This document shows, piece after piece, positions 1 to 9,780 of a stretch of DNA of 39,667 nt; position 1 is the stretch's first letter; every line of letters starts with the position of its first letter. The stretch is from NCBI GenBank assembly GCA_016618085.1, contig JABLTG010000172.1, positions 1 through 39,667 of the forward strand. Direction: 5' to 3'. This stretch comes from Neovahlkampfia damariscottae. Taxonomy: Eukaryota. Both the position numbers and the translations under genes were made by a program. A model generated the notes under the pieces. It saw only the letters and a list, made by a program, of their open reading frames with translations. It did no database searches and had not been told where the DNA came from.

Positions 1-1026
1 TATTGTTTATTATTCAGGAAATTTAATTGAAGTGTTAAAATGGTTGAAATACACATTAAAATATCATCCTTCTGTGATCTACAAAAAAAATTTAACAAAT
101 ATTTATTTAAAAATTAATGAATCAATTGTAAATATTACAAATCATGATATTTCATTTAACAATGATCAAACAGAGGTTAGAGTTCATGATGAAACAGAAT
201 CAATTGAAAATATGAAATTATTCAAACAAAACGATAAAGAATTTGCTGATGCATTATTATGCAAACAATACATGTCAACTTATTCAGAATCATTACAATA
301 CAATTTATTTAATTTTCCAGTCAGTTGTGCAACAGGATTTTATAATAAAAAATTATCAGTGTTTGATGAAGAAGATTCATGTGACAATCCAGAATATGCA
401 ATTGATTTCACAAAAGCTTATCCATCCATTTTATTTGAAAGTAAATTCATACCAGTTGCAACACCATTTGACGAGTTCAAAAAATACAACAATGAAGAAA
501 TAAAAGATCAAAATATTTACATAATTGATGTTGAAATAAATGATGCAAATAAAATATTGTCAGATTCAAATACAAGAGTAATTTATGGAATCAATTTGAA
601 AAAAATTCAAAAATATCAAAATTACAAAATTAAATTTGTTTGTGAATTAAACAGAGTTCAAAAAAAAAAGCAATGGAAAAAATAAAAAATTCAGGGTTGA
701 CAGTTGAAGATTGGAAATTTATTTTTAACAAAAATATTGGAATGACAGGAAAAAGATTCAACCAATCAGTAGTTAGTGGATTATACGATAAATGTAGTGA
801 AGCAAAAGCACAATTGAAAAAATGTTCAAGAGATTTCCCAAAACATATAAGAGATACGAAAATGTGGTACATAGAACATTTTGGAGAAAGAAAACAATTA
901 CAAAATGGATTTTACTTAATCCAAGCATTGATATACGATACAATGAGAACAAAATTATTTATTATGTTTAATGAATTAAAAGAACAAGGAATTGAAGTGA
1001 CAGCTGTCAAAACAGATTGTCTTTAT
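1..1026 (+). pseudogene. Protein-primed family B DNA polymerase (C-terminal polymerase domain), frameshifted and truncated
   Basis: Motif A-like YAIDFTKAYPS in ORF 32-685. Motif B-like KFIFNKNIGMTGK and motif C-like AVKTDCLY in ORF 673-1377. The frames are joined by a -1 shift at the A10 run 660-669. Confidence 0.75.
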
Positions 1027-1377
1027 ATTGGAAATGTAAATTTCGATAGTAATATCATGAAAAGATTGTCTAGTACATATAGACATCCAAACTTAACCTT
1101 AATTTTCGCAACTCAGTACATTTATCGAATCCCAACTACAATCAGAGAATGTGCAACTTTTTTTGTCACTTTTAAACAAACAAAAATTAATTCATTTAAA
1201 GCAATTCAAGAAACTTTCATGAGTGAAAAATCTGTAAAGAACGTTAAAGAATTTATTAATGATGTTACAAAAGAAAAACATAATTTTATTTTAGTTAATG
1301 TTTTGGAAAATGATGAAAACAAATATACAATTGGAAAAGCACCTGAAAAATACAAACCATTCAAAATAAAATATTGA
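1027..1377 (+). pseudogene. C-terminal half of an A32/FtsK-HerA-type viral packaging ATPase, fused in frame to the PolB fragment
   Basis: IGNVNFDSNIMKRLSSTYRHPNLTLIFATQYIYRIPTTIRECA matches the post-Walker-B RHxxxxhhhxxQ...P..hR signature. Walker A and Walker B are missing. Confidence 0.75.
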
Positions 1378-1388
1378 TCAAATATATA

Positions 1389-1550
1389 ATGGATTATTTA
1401 AGTAGTGGACTGTATTATTTTTCAAATTATAATATCGTTAATAATGCAAATTTATTTAATTTTTTTGTGTTACAATTGAAAAAACAAACTGAAGATGAAA
1501 GAAAACAATTTGTTTCAGAAATGAATTTGTTGCTGGGAAAAAGTTCGTGA
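1389..1550 (+). CDS. Small hypothetical protein (53 aa) of the element
   Basis: ATG 11 nt after the ATPase stop, open to TGA at 1548-1550 (MDYLSSGLYYFS...LLGKSS). Read manually; it is below the ORF-track cutoff. Confidence 0.4.
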   Translation: MDYLSSGLYYFSNYNIVNNANLFNFFVLQLKKQTEDERKQFVSEMNLLLGKSS

Positions 1551-1662
1551 AGCAGTTTAAATATTACCTTCATGACAAAAATCTTGAAGACTTTTTGAAA
1601 TGTTTCTAAAATAACGCACCAAAAATGATTTAAAAATTTAATCTATAGTATTATTAATAATT

Positions 1663-1917
1663 ATGGAGTTTTTAGAAAATTATGAAGACAACAAAAACAA
1701 AGAAGAAAATAATACAACATTAGAAAAATTACAAACAAAGTATAATGAATTATTTCAAAAATATGTTGATATAAAAAAAGAAAATTATTGTTTACATGGA
1801 CAAATTAGAGGATTGAAACATTTAGAAATACAATGTATAATAACTGAAGAAAAATATTTATCTTTAAAGAAAACTTACGAACTCACTCAAGAGTGGAGGA
1901 GAATGCGTAATAAATAA
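1663..1917 (+). CDS. Small coiled-coil hypothetical protein (84 aa) of the element
   Basis: ATG preceded by TCTA...TATTATTAATA; heptad-like Leu/Lys/Glu composition. Confidence 0.55.
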   Translation: MEFLENYEDNKNKEENNTTLEKLQTKYNELFQKYVDIKKENYCLHGQIRGLKHLEIQCIITEEKYLSLKKTYELTQEWRRMRNK

Positions 1918-2046
1918 CTTAAAATATTTTTCTAAATTAAATATAGTTATAAAAAGATGTAGCTCAAAATTGTTGTTGCCTTGTTTTTTGTTGTCATTTG
2001 TTTTTTGTAAAAGTTTATTTTCATAATATCTAACATATTATTAATA

Positions 2047-2310
2047 ATGGAAACAGAAATCATAGTTTTGATTATATTAAGTTCACTAACATGTGTGTCA
2101 TCTCTTGTAGCACCAATTATCACCGCTGGAGTTGAATTTACACGAAGAATTGAGAAGTCAAATTGCTGCGGTTCATCTATTGAATTGACTCATATAAATG
2201 ATCTCAAAGAAGATTTAAATCGAACAAAATCAGTCCATGAAATTAAATTGAATGAACAGGAAGAACAAATCAAAAAATTAATCGATTTGTTGAATGATAA
2301 AAAAAAATGA
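2047..2310 (+). CDS. Small membrane-anchored protein (87 aa) with a KSNCCG motif and coiled-coil tail
   Basis: Hydrophobic N-terminus, then RRIEKSNCCG; same upstream motif as ORF 1663. Confidence 0.6.
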   Translation: METEIIVLIILSSLTCVSSLVAPIITAGVEFTRRIEKSNCCGSSIELTHINDLKEDLNRTKSVHEIKLNEQEEQIKKLIDLLNDKKK

Positions 2311-2365
2311 TTTTTAAATTATAATTATTGTATTTTGATGTTTTTTTGCTTTTAAATGTTGGATT

Positions 2366-4015
2366 TTATTCACGATAATTCGCTTTTTGAAAGGCTTGCA
2401 TATCAAATTTTTCTAATTCGCATTTTTTTACCACAATTTTATCCAAAGAATCAAAGAAACATCGTTGATAATAACTTTCGAATCCTAATATTTTTCCTTC
2501 AATGAAATCATACATTTTCTTTGGGAAATTTTTTTTGTAACGTGTATCTCTGATTTTCAGACCAACCAAGCAATCTGTGCTCCAAACTTCAAACAAAATT
2601 GGTTGTACTTTTGAGTTATTGTTTTCTTCTGCTCTCATGTGTGCAAAGTATGATGCGATTTTTTTGTCAATTCCAACATAAAAACCATCATTTTTATATT
2701 GAATTTTTTTTCCTTTAACTAGCTTGATTCCATCTTTAAAATTAATTTCCTGATCACTTGTAGTTCCATGATATCCAATCAATACATTCTCCTTGAATTC
2801 TATTTTTTTACTCGGAATACATTCCAATTTTATTAATCTTCATCTTCATGATGGAGATTGGAAATTCTTCTGTAATATTTTTTGGATCTCTGATGTATTC
2901 TTGAATATTTTTCAACATTTCTTCCTCTGAGTCATTTTTTTTTTTTCATCAAAAAATTCCATTTTTTATCTTGATATATGTCTTTCTGTTCAATTATATC
3001 CATGATTATCAAGATAATGTAATATTGAAATTGTAAAATATCAAATCCATCTTCATTTTTATCAATTCGATCAAATATTTCTCGAGCATCAATAAGGCTC
3101 TCCGATTTTTTCATAAGAAATTGAACAAGTTTCAATCTCCCAAGTAACAATAATGTGACATTGGTTTCAAGGTAATTCAGTGATTGTTCCAACTTTTTAA
3201 TTACTTTCACAATATTCTCATCAGTCAAGGATTTAATTTTAAGAGCTATTGATGCTCCTAATAGTGAATAAAATTCTCCAATTTCTTTTTGATCGGTTTC
3301 AACACTTTTGCATTCTTTTATGGCTGCATCAAATTGAGTTTCTATGTTTTTTAGATCTTCTAAATCGTATTGAGGAGCAATAAGAAGATACGAATAATTT
3401 GACAAGCATGTTTTACTCAACTTTATACTGGTATTCAAGTGTTTTTTTCCTTCATCATATTTTTCCAACAACATGCACACAGCACCAAAGGAGGAATAGA
3501 AAGAGTGTTTTTCAGAATTCAGTACTTCTATGTAAGTCTCTAATTTTGAAAATAAAGTGTAAGACAGTTCGAATTTTTGAAGAAGTTGAAGACGATTGCA
3601 GTACTTTATAATCAAAACCAAACATTCTTTCAAAAATTCTTTTCCATAGTTTTCTTTATTTCTGTATCTTCATCTTCAAATTGAAAAAGTTCGTAAAATT
3701 TTTTAAAATTATCGATGTTTTGTGTGTCCAAAAATAACTCCTCCGAGGCAAGCAAATAAAAGTACATTAATTTTGAATCATTCCTGGTGTACCTTGCTTT
3801 TTTGAAAAATTTTTTTAGCTTCTTCAATATTTTTGGAGGTTCAAAAAACATATTCCTTGATAATGATGACGTAAATCCTCTTCCAACACATACTGAAGTT
3901 TTGAAAGTAAATTCAAGGCTTCTTGGAATTTGTTTTGACCAAATAATTTGGAGATTTGACTAACAGCTATTTGTCTTTTTGTTATTTCCATTTGTTTTTT
4001 GTTTTTTTGTTTCAT
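2366..4015 (-). pseudogene. TPR-repeat protein with a C-terminal ADP-ribosyltransferase-fold (DUF3990-like) domain, multiply frameshifted
   Basis: Consecutive overlapping minus-strand frames (3824-4015, 3630-3851, 2932-3633, a linker at about 2810-2935, 2366-2827). TPR-like segments YQGICFLNLQKY/EEAKK and FGAVCMLLEKYDEGKKHL. ART-like GYHGT, GFYVG and YDFIEG...Q motifs. Confidence 0.6.
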
Positions 4016-4179
4016 GTTATGGTTGGTGGAAGTTATTTTAACCAAATTCAATTGTGCAATTGAAGAGAATTCAAGGTGCATCATTGGTCGAATTATCGGA
4101 GAATTTTTAACAAACGGAAATTTATTTTTTTAAATGAAACAATAAATTTTGACTTCTGAGGAGTAATGGAATGAATTTA

Positions 4180-4350
4180 AATTGATGTCAGGTAATTTTA
4201 AATCAGAAATCATAATTAGAAAAACGGCAAAATCAGTTTTTTTTTCGGAAAAAAATCAAGATGGTCATTGGGTGAGAAAATCCGCCGTTCTCAGGCCACC
4301 AGCACGAAATATTTCTGAAAAGCGTCAGCGGAATTTCCCCACCTACTACT
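4180..4350. repeat. Candidate right terminal inverted repeat of the element
   Basis: Locally GC- and CpG-richer island with internal inverted repeats, ending in CTACTACT. The partner TIR is not in the window and the inner boundary is uncertain. Confidence 0.55.
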
Positions 4351-4422
4351 TGTCCTTGCTTTATGTTGGAAAATTAAAATAAATGACCGGCTAAATATCG
4401 ACCAATAGATTAGGATCAAGAA

Positions 4423-5247
4423 ATGCAATTCGAACAACGACAAATTGTGAGCATTATTTCACACATTTTGTCTGGAATTTCATTATTATGTTCCTTGTTT
4501 GTAATTTTAACCTATATACTATTCAAAAGAAAAGCAACTGCAAGAATTATCCTTCATTTTTCAATTTCAACATTTTTTCTAGCTGTAGCTCTAATTTTAC
4601 CAGATCAATTTTCATATCCAACAACCACAAGGTTATGTATAATTCAAGGAACTTTATTACAATTTTTTGCTTCTTCAGCTATTCTATGGTACTTAATTTT
4701 GACCTTTCATTTATTTGTTTGGTCTTTTACAAAAGATATATCAATACTGGAGCCATTTCAATATTTATTTTGGTCTTTTTCATTAATAATTTCATTGATA
4801 TTCACAGTTATACCAGTATTTTTCAATAAAATTGGCTTAGGAGAAAGAAATCATTGTTGGATCATTACAGATGATATTTTATGGGAAATATTTTGTTTTT
4901 ATGTTCCAATTGCAATTGTAATTACTTTAAGTATGACAATGTGGACAAAAGTTACATTTACATTTATTCAATTTGTTCAAAAATCCAAATTTAATTTCGT
5001 AAAATCTTCATTTCACATTGGAAGACACGTTGCATTTTTATTTGTTTTTTTTATAATATTTTCAACATTTGCAATTGAGGCTATAGTCACTTACACAACA
5101 AAAGAACAAAATTTGATTGTCACAATATTAGATACAATCGCTTTATCTTCACCAGGAATTGTTATCTTCATTTTTTATGGTATTTCAGAAAATAATTTAA
5201 GATTTTGGAATAAATTGATTATTAAATGTAGATATGAACATGAATAA
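4423..5247 (+). CDS. cAMP-receptor-like (CAR/GCR1-type) 7TM GPCR
   Basis: Seven hydrophobic segments; SLLCSLFVILTY, LCIIQG..LQFF and CWI motifs; intronless. Confidence 0.85.
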   Translation: MQFEQRQIVSIISHILSGISLLCSLFVILTYILFKRKATARIILHFSISTFFLAVALILPDQFSYPTTTRLCIIQGTLLQFFASSAILWYLILTFHLFVWSFTKDISILEPFQYLFWSFSLIISLIFTVIPVFFNKIGLGERNHCWIITDDILWEIFCFYVPIAIVITLSMTMWTKVTFTFIQFVQKSKFNFVKSSFHIGRHVAFLFVFFIIFSTFAIEAIVTYTTKEQNLIVTILDTIALSSPGIVIFIFYGISENNLRFWNKLIIKCRYEHE

Positions 5248-5262
5248 AATATTTAGTTTTTT

Positions 5263-6172
5263 TTATTCTTCATTTAAGATTTTAATAATTTCTTTTTGAA
5301 TATTTGAACAATTTGAAACAACAATATTATGACTCAAAACATCATATGGTTTTCCAGATGTATCACATGCTAATCCACCTGCTTCTTCAACAATAATGAT
5401 TCCAGCACTCATATCCCATGCTTGAATACCTGTTTCAAAATAACAATCTAAAGAACCTTCAGCTACGCCAACTAAGTTCATTACAGCTGCTCCACCCATT
5501 CTAATACCATGAACTTTTAAATCCATTAGTTTTTCAAATCTTGAATTCATCAATTTTGTGAATTCTTTTGTTCTTTGTAATCCAGATGGAAAATTAGCAG
5601 AAAACAAAGCATCTTTGACTTCAACATTCTTTGATACATTTATTTTAACATCATTTTTATATGCTCCTTTTCCTTTTATTGCCCAATATGTACTGTTTAA
5701 AATTGGATTAACACAAACTCCAACTGTTGATTTTTTGTTCACTAAAAGTCCTATAGAAATAGCTATCATTGGGTATGAATGGATACTAGTATGGTTTAAT
5801 TTTTAGTTATTTTACAAATTTGTTGTTCCGTCAATTGGGTCAATACACCAGGTCTTTAGAAAATTTTAAATTTTTTGAATTGTTAAATTACTGGCTCATC
5901 AGTCAATTCTGTTGAACTTGATGTTTCTTCACCAATGATTTTAAAATCAGGAAATGATTTTTTTAAGCATTCTATAATTAAAACTTCACATTTTGTGTCA
6001 GTCTCAGTCACCAAATTTGCAATTCTTTTTTTTTCAGTTTTTTTTTATTTTACCCTTCTTTGTCTTCAACTTTTTTACGTTTATAGAAGTTTTCTTGAAT
6101 TTCTTTTGAAGCAATTGCTGCTGCTTCCAAAGCTACATCCTTTACTTTCACGAGGTCAATTTCTAGTGACAT
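5263..6172 (-). CDS. IMPA: Inositol monophosphatase (3 introns of 29, 38 and 30 nt)
   Basis: Spliced product contains NLVTETD, IIGEE, TWCIDPIDGTTNF and WDMSAG. Confidence 0.95.
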
Positions 6173-6231
6173 TTTTCCTATTGGTCAAAATCACAAAAAA
6201 AGAAGTAAAATTTAAACAAATTCAAATAAAT

Positions 6232-7824
6232 TTATTTACTAACTAGTTCAACTTTTTCATTTACACCTAAAGTTTTAAGATTATATTCAATATCAGTTGA
6301 GACAGAAAGATATTTTGATTCAAATTTAATTTCTGGGTTAATCAATTTTCCATCTGGAATTGTTGGAATTGGAAATCCTTTCAAATAAAATTAAAATAAA
6401 AAAAGAATACCATCTTTCACAAAATGATTAATATAAGGAATAATTCCATTATTAAATGCAAAGTTAAAGATATAATTTAATGGTTCAACTGTGAATGTTC
6501 CAATTTCTGATTTTTTTAATTTGAATGCTTGTTGAAGGAATTTCAATTCTGGAATTAATTTTTGAACTTTATCATTTCCTTGTAATTTTACAATAGCTTT
6601 AGCATCAAATGAACCTTCTAAAGTAAATGCATATTTTTCTTGTTTTGTTTTTGGATCAACTGCATAAAATACCATTTCACAATGGAATTTAACAACTTTT
6701 CCTTCTTGTGTGAAACCTAAATCAGGATGTCTTGTTGAAAAGATTTTAACAACTAATTCATGATCTGGGAATTTAATTTGAAGTGCAGGGATCAAAACTA
6801 ATAACAAAATTAAAAAAAATTGAAATTTCTAACGAATGAATGCTCTTGTATTTAATCTAATAGGTGATGAAGGTGGTACCATTTTATCATTAATTTCAAG
6901 TTTTAAAATTCCTTTTTTATGGAAAATATCACCTGCTGTTAATGGTAAATAATTTGTAATGATTAAAAAGAGCATTTTATCACCAGGTAATGTATTTGGT
7001 GATGCATCAGGTTGAATTGGTGATGGTTGTCTATTATTTGCATCATAAAGTTCTCCTTTAATTGGGACATTAATGAATCCATTTCCATAAATTGGTGCTG
7101 CTGTCATTTTGTAGTCAATTCCAAGTCCAAACTTTCCAGGTAATCTGACAGAGTATGGAATTTTGTTTAATTCTTGATTTGCTTTTCCTGCAACTGTTTT
7201 TAATAAAGCATTTCTGATTCCTTTTTCAATTTCTTTTCTAATCTTATTTTTGAATAAACCAACGAGAAGATTTAATAACCAAGCAGCTCCTCCTGAAAGT
7301 TTGAGTTTAAAAGAGTTAAGAATCATATGGGCGTTTGGAATAGACACGTGGATTTTTCCATTTACAGGATTCAATCTAATTTGAAGTCCAACAATAGAAT
7401 TTCCTGCTTCACAATTTCCACCTCCAGAACCACTAATTCTTGGCCATTTTTTCTTTTTGTATCTCCATCTAAATGAAATATGAGCACGAATTTGATCTCT
7501 TAATAAAATGAGTTTTTTTTTTTTTTTTTTTTACAAATTGAGATTGAGCCCGTTTCCTTGTTGTACACTTATTCCTCCACGTGGGATTTCTAATCTATGA
7601 ACTTTTATTTCTTTGACCCAGTATTCTACAGAACCTATTGGAGTACCACTACTTCCATGTTGATCAGGAATGTTGAGGTTTTGAATTTCTCTTCTGATAA
7701 CTTTTAAACCAATATCTTTAGCATAGTTTAAACCTTTTTGACTCATGACGAGTTTAACACCAGGTTGTTGAGCTGAAATCAACAAACATAAAAAAGACAA
7801 ACAAACAAACAATAGTGTTTTCAT
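6232..7824 (-). CDS. Secreted BPI/LBP/CETP (TULIP) lipid-binding protein (3 introns of 36, 36 and 33 nt)
   Basis: Signal peptide, then PGVKLVMSQKGLNY, IPDQHG and LSGGAAWLLNLL; C-terminal GFPIP. Confidence 0.9.
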
Positions 7825-7896
7825 CTTCTAATATTAATTGACCAATGAGTATACACTAGTATGACACGTTTTTATTTTTTTGAAATTGTTGAAAAA

Positions 7897-9720
7897 TTAT
7901 TTAAAAACTGAACCATGTTTGATTTTAACAAAACTTTTTCCAAGTAAGGATGTTTTTGCCACTGCATTTTTATATTCCACAGAATAGATGAATCTACCAT
8001 AACTGTCTGCCAAATTCATATTCACAGTTTTTTCAATACCTTCAAATAAATCATCTTCAAATTCATCTAAATTTGTGTATTTTTCCAATTTGCTTCTATA
8101 TTCTCTCAAAGATCTACCGTCAAGATTTACTTCATAAGGTGAATTTGAACATAAATATTTTTGATCAATTTTTGCAATCATAGATCCTCTTTGATTCTGT
8201 GGACATTTCAAATACCTTTCATGATCCAAGCGAAATTGAAGATTTTCAGGTGAATATTCCTTTTCACAAAAATTGTTCAATGCATCTAAAAATACTGGGT
8301 CTTGTATCATCAATTCCAGATCATTATAACGAATTTTAGGTGTTCTTGAGCAAATTCTTGATAAATGAAGAATAATAGTTGCAAATAGAGGAACTATAGC
8401 ACTTACAACTAAAAAAAATATCAAACTGACATCAATTATTTGATATGTGATAATACGAGGAGCATCTAAGAAAAGAGCAGTAAAAAATAATGAAACACAA
8501 AATAAACATGTGACTACAAACACAAAAAGCTCCAATCTACTCTTAAACGGATCTTGGTCGACAAATAATTTTTTGAATTGACATCTAAGAATCAATTTGA
8601 TATTTGAGAAGAAATCATAAATCGAGCATAAGATTAAGATGACCAAATTCAATAAAATATGAAACAGTTGAACTCCAAATATGACATTTTTCATCACCAA
8701 TGTACATGAGTCCAGTGAACCTTCAAAAATGATGAGAAGTGTCATAATAATGGTAGCCAAATAAAGATAAGCGATCAATGGTAAAACTGTGAAAAATGAT
8801 ATTTTATCAAAACCACCTAAAAATACATAAAACCAAGGCAATTTTCCATTTGCATAAGTTTTCTTTTGTCGACTTAAATTGTTTACAATCAGATACCGAG
8901 AGTAATACGTTAATATAACACACGTTGAAACAAAAAACATTGGAAAGGTAATCAATCCATCTGTGAAACAAGTGTATTTAACTTCAAATTCAATAGTAGT
9001 TGACCCTCGTATTGAAACAACCATAAATTCCATCATCTGAGCTAAACAAATGTAATGAGGGCCATAATTTCTTGATTTTAATGGTTGTTTATTTCTGTAA
9101 TATACCAACATGAGAAATACAAAAGTTGTGATGATGAAACGAATGATTCCAATTGGAGGTATAGCATTGATAAATATTCTATATGGTTTTAAATATTCAG
9201 GAGAGCAAGCATAACGAACAGTTGTATTCAGCATTGATTTTTTGTAGATATGTACATGTTGGTGTTGTGGTATGATGGAATCATTGGAGTTAAAATTCCC
9301 AATTTTGTGTGTTGTGAAAAAAATGTATTGTTGATTTTGAAGACTTGAAATGTTAATTTTGAATGAAAATGAATTGTAGTTATCAACTATAGTGTTAAAA
9401 CTAATTTCAGGTTTTATATCCAAAAAGTGTTCAAATCCATTTTTCTTTTCTTTGTGATTTTTGAGCTCAAAAAAAGTGTTTGGTGAGAGGAACCATAATA
9501 CCAAGCTGTTATTTGTGATATATGAGGTTTCAGAAAAACCTAATCCTGTTGCCATTTGGTCATTGCGCACTGAATAAAAAATAAAATTCATGTGTTTGTC
9601 CGACTTATCAAAAATCATGATACTTTTCTCCATCGGATGACAGTTTGAAGTGAAAATGAGTTTGATACAGAGCAATAACAAAACAGACAAGACTTTAAAG
9701 TTTGTTGCAATTCGAAGCAT
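7897..9720 (-). CDS. 7TM-RGS protein with a signal peptide and extracellular N-terminal domain
   Basis: Signal peptide, seven TM segments (RNKQPLKSR loop) and a C-terminal RGS domain (FCEKEYSPENLQF, SPYEVNL, NLADSYGRF). Confidence 0.88.
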   Translation of the reverse strand: MLRIATNFKVLSVLLLLCIKLIFTSNCHPMEKSIMIFDKSDKHMNFIFYSVRNDQMATGLGFSETSYITNNSLVLWFLSPNTFFELKNHKEKKNGFEHFLDIKPEISFNTIVDNYNSFSFKINISSLQNQQYIFFTTHKIGNFNSNDSIIPQHQHVHIYKKSMLNTTVRYACSPEYLKPYRIFINAIPPIGIIRFIITTFVFLMLVYYRNKQPLKSRNYGPHYICLAQMMEFMVVSIRGSTTIEFEVKYTCFTDGLITFPMFFVSTCVILTYYSRYLIVNNLSRQKKTYANGKLPWFYVFLGGFDKISFFTVLPLIAYLYLATIIMTLLIIFEGSLDSCTLVMKNVIFGVQLFHILLNLVILILCSIYDFFSNIKLILRCQFKKLFVDQDPFKSRLELFVFVVTCLFCVSLFFTALFLDAPRIITYQIIDVSLIFFLVVSAIVPLFATIILHLSRICSRTPKIRYNDLELMIQDPVFLDALNNFCEKEYSPENLQFRLDHERYLKCPQNQRGSMIAKIDQKYLCSNSPYEVNLDGRSLREYRSKLEKYTNLDEFEDDLFEGIEKTVNMNLADSYGRFIYSVEYKNAVAKTSLLGKSFVKIKHGSVFK

Positions 9721-9780
9721 TTTGACCAACCAAAATCACTTCTACTTTTGGCAGTGATAATGGACTATTTGGTAATAAAA

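Larger units (their letters stand above)
1..4350. mobile_element. Right end of a degraded Polinton/Maverick-like (PLV/virophage-type) endogenous viral element; left part lies outside the window
   Basis: Intronless region with pPolB motifs, an A32-like ATPase fragment and small virus-like ORFs. All frameshifts in the window fall here. It ends at 4350 in CCTACTACT (AGTAGTAGG on the minus strand), the short-tandem-repeat AG.. terminus typical of Polintons. Confidence 0.75.

Noticed and set aside
660..670. A-AAA-AAG slippery site for programmed -1 frameshifting in PolB
   Set aside because: It lies in a 10-A homopolymer with no evident downstream structure, in a gene already truncated by deletion. 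Mutation or sequencing error is simpler.
2810..3830. Euplotes-style programmed +1/+2 frameshifting at stop codons in the TPR-ART gene
   Set aside because: Any indel-broken gene can be rescued this way on paper. The codons before the stops vary (TAT, GAA, TTT, AAA, GAG), and no host gene needs frameshifting.
4270..4345. RNase P RNA, because minus-strand GGGAAATTCCGC...GCGGATT resembles the P4 helix
   Set aside because: The two strands are only about 45 nt apart, far too short for RNase P/MRP. It is better explained as an inverted repeat in the TIR.
4182..4382. 66-aa plus-strand ORF
   Set aside because: It crosses the predicted element boundary, has no motifs, and is probably a by-product of locally higher GC.
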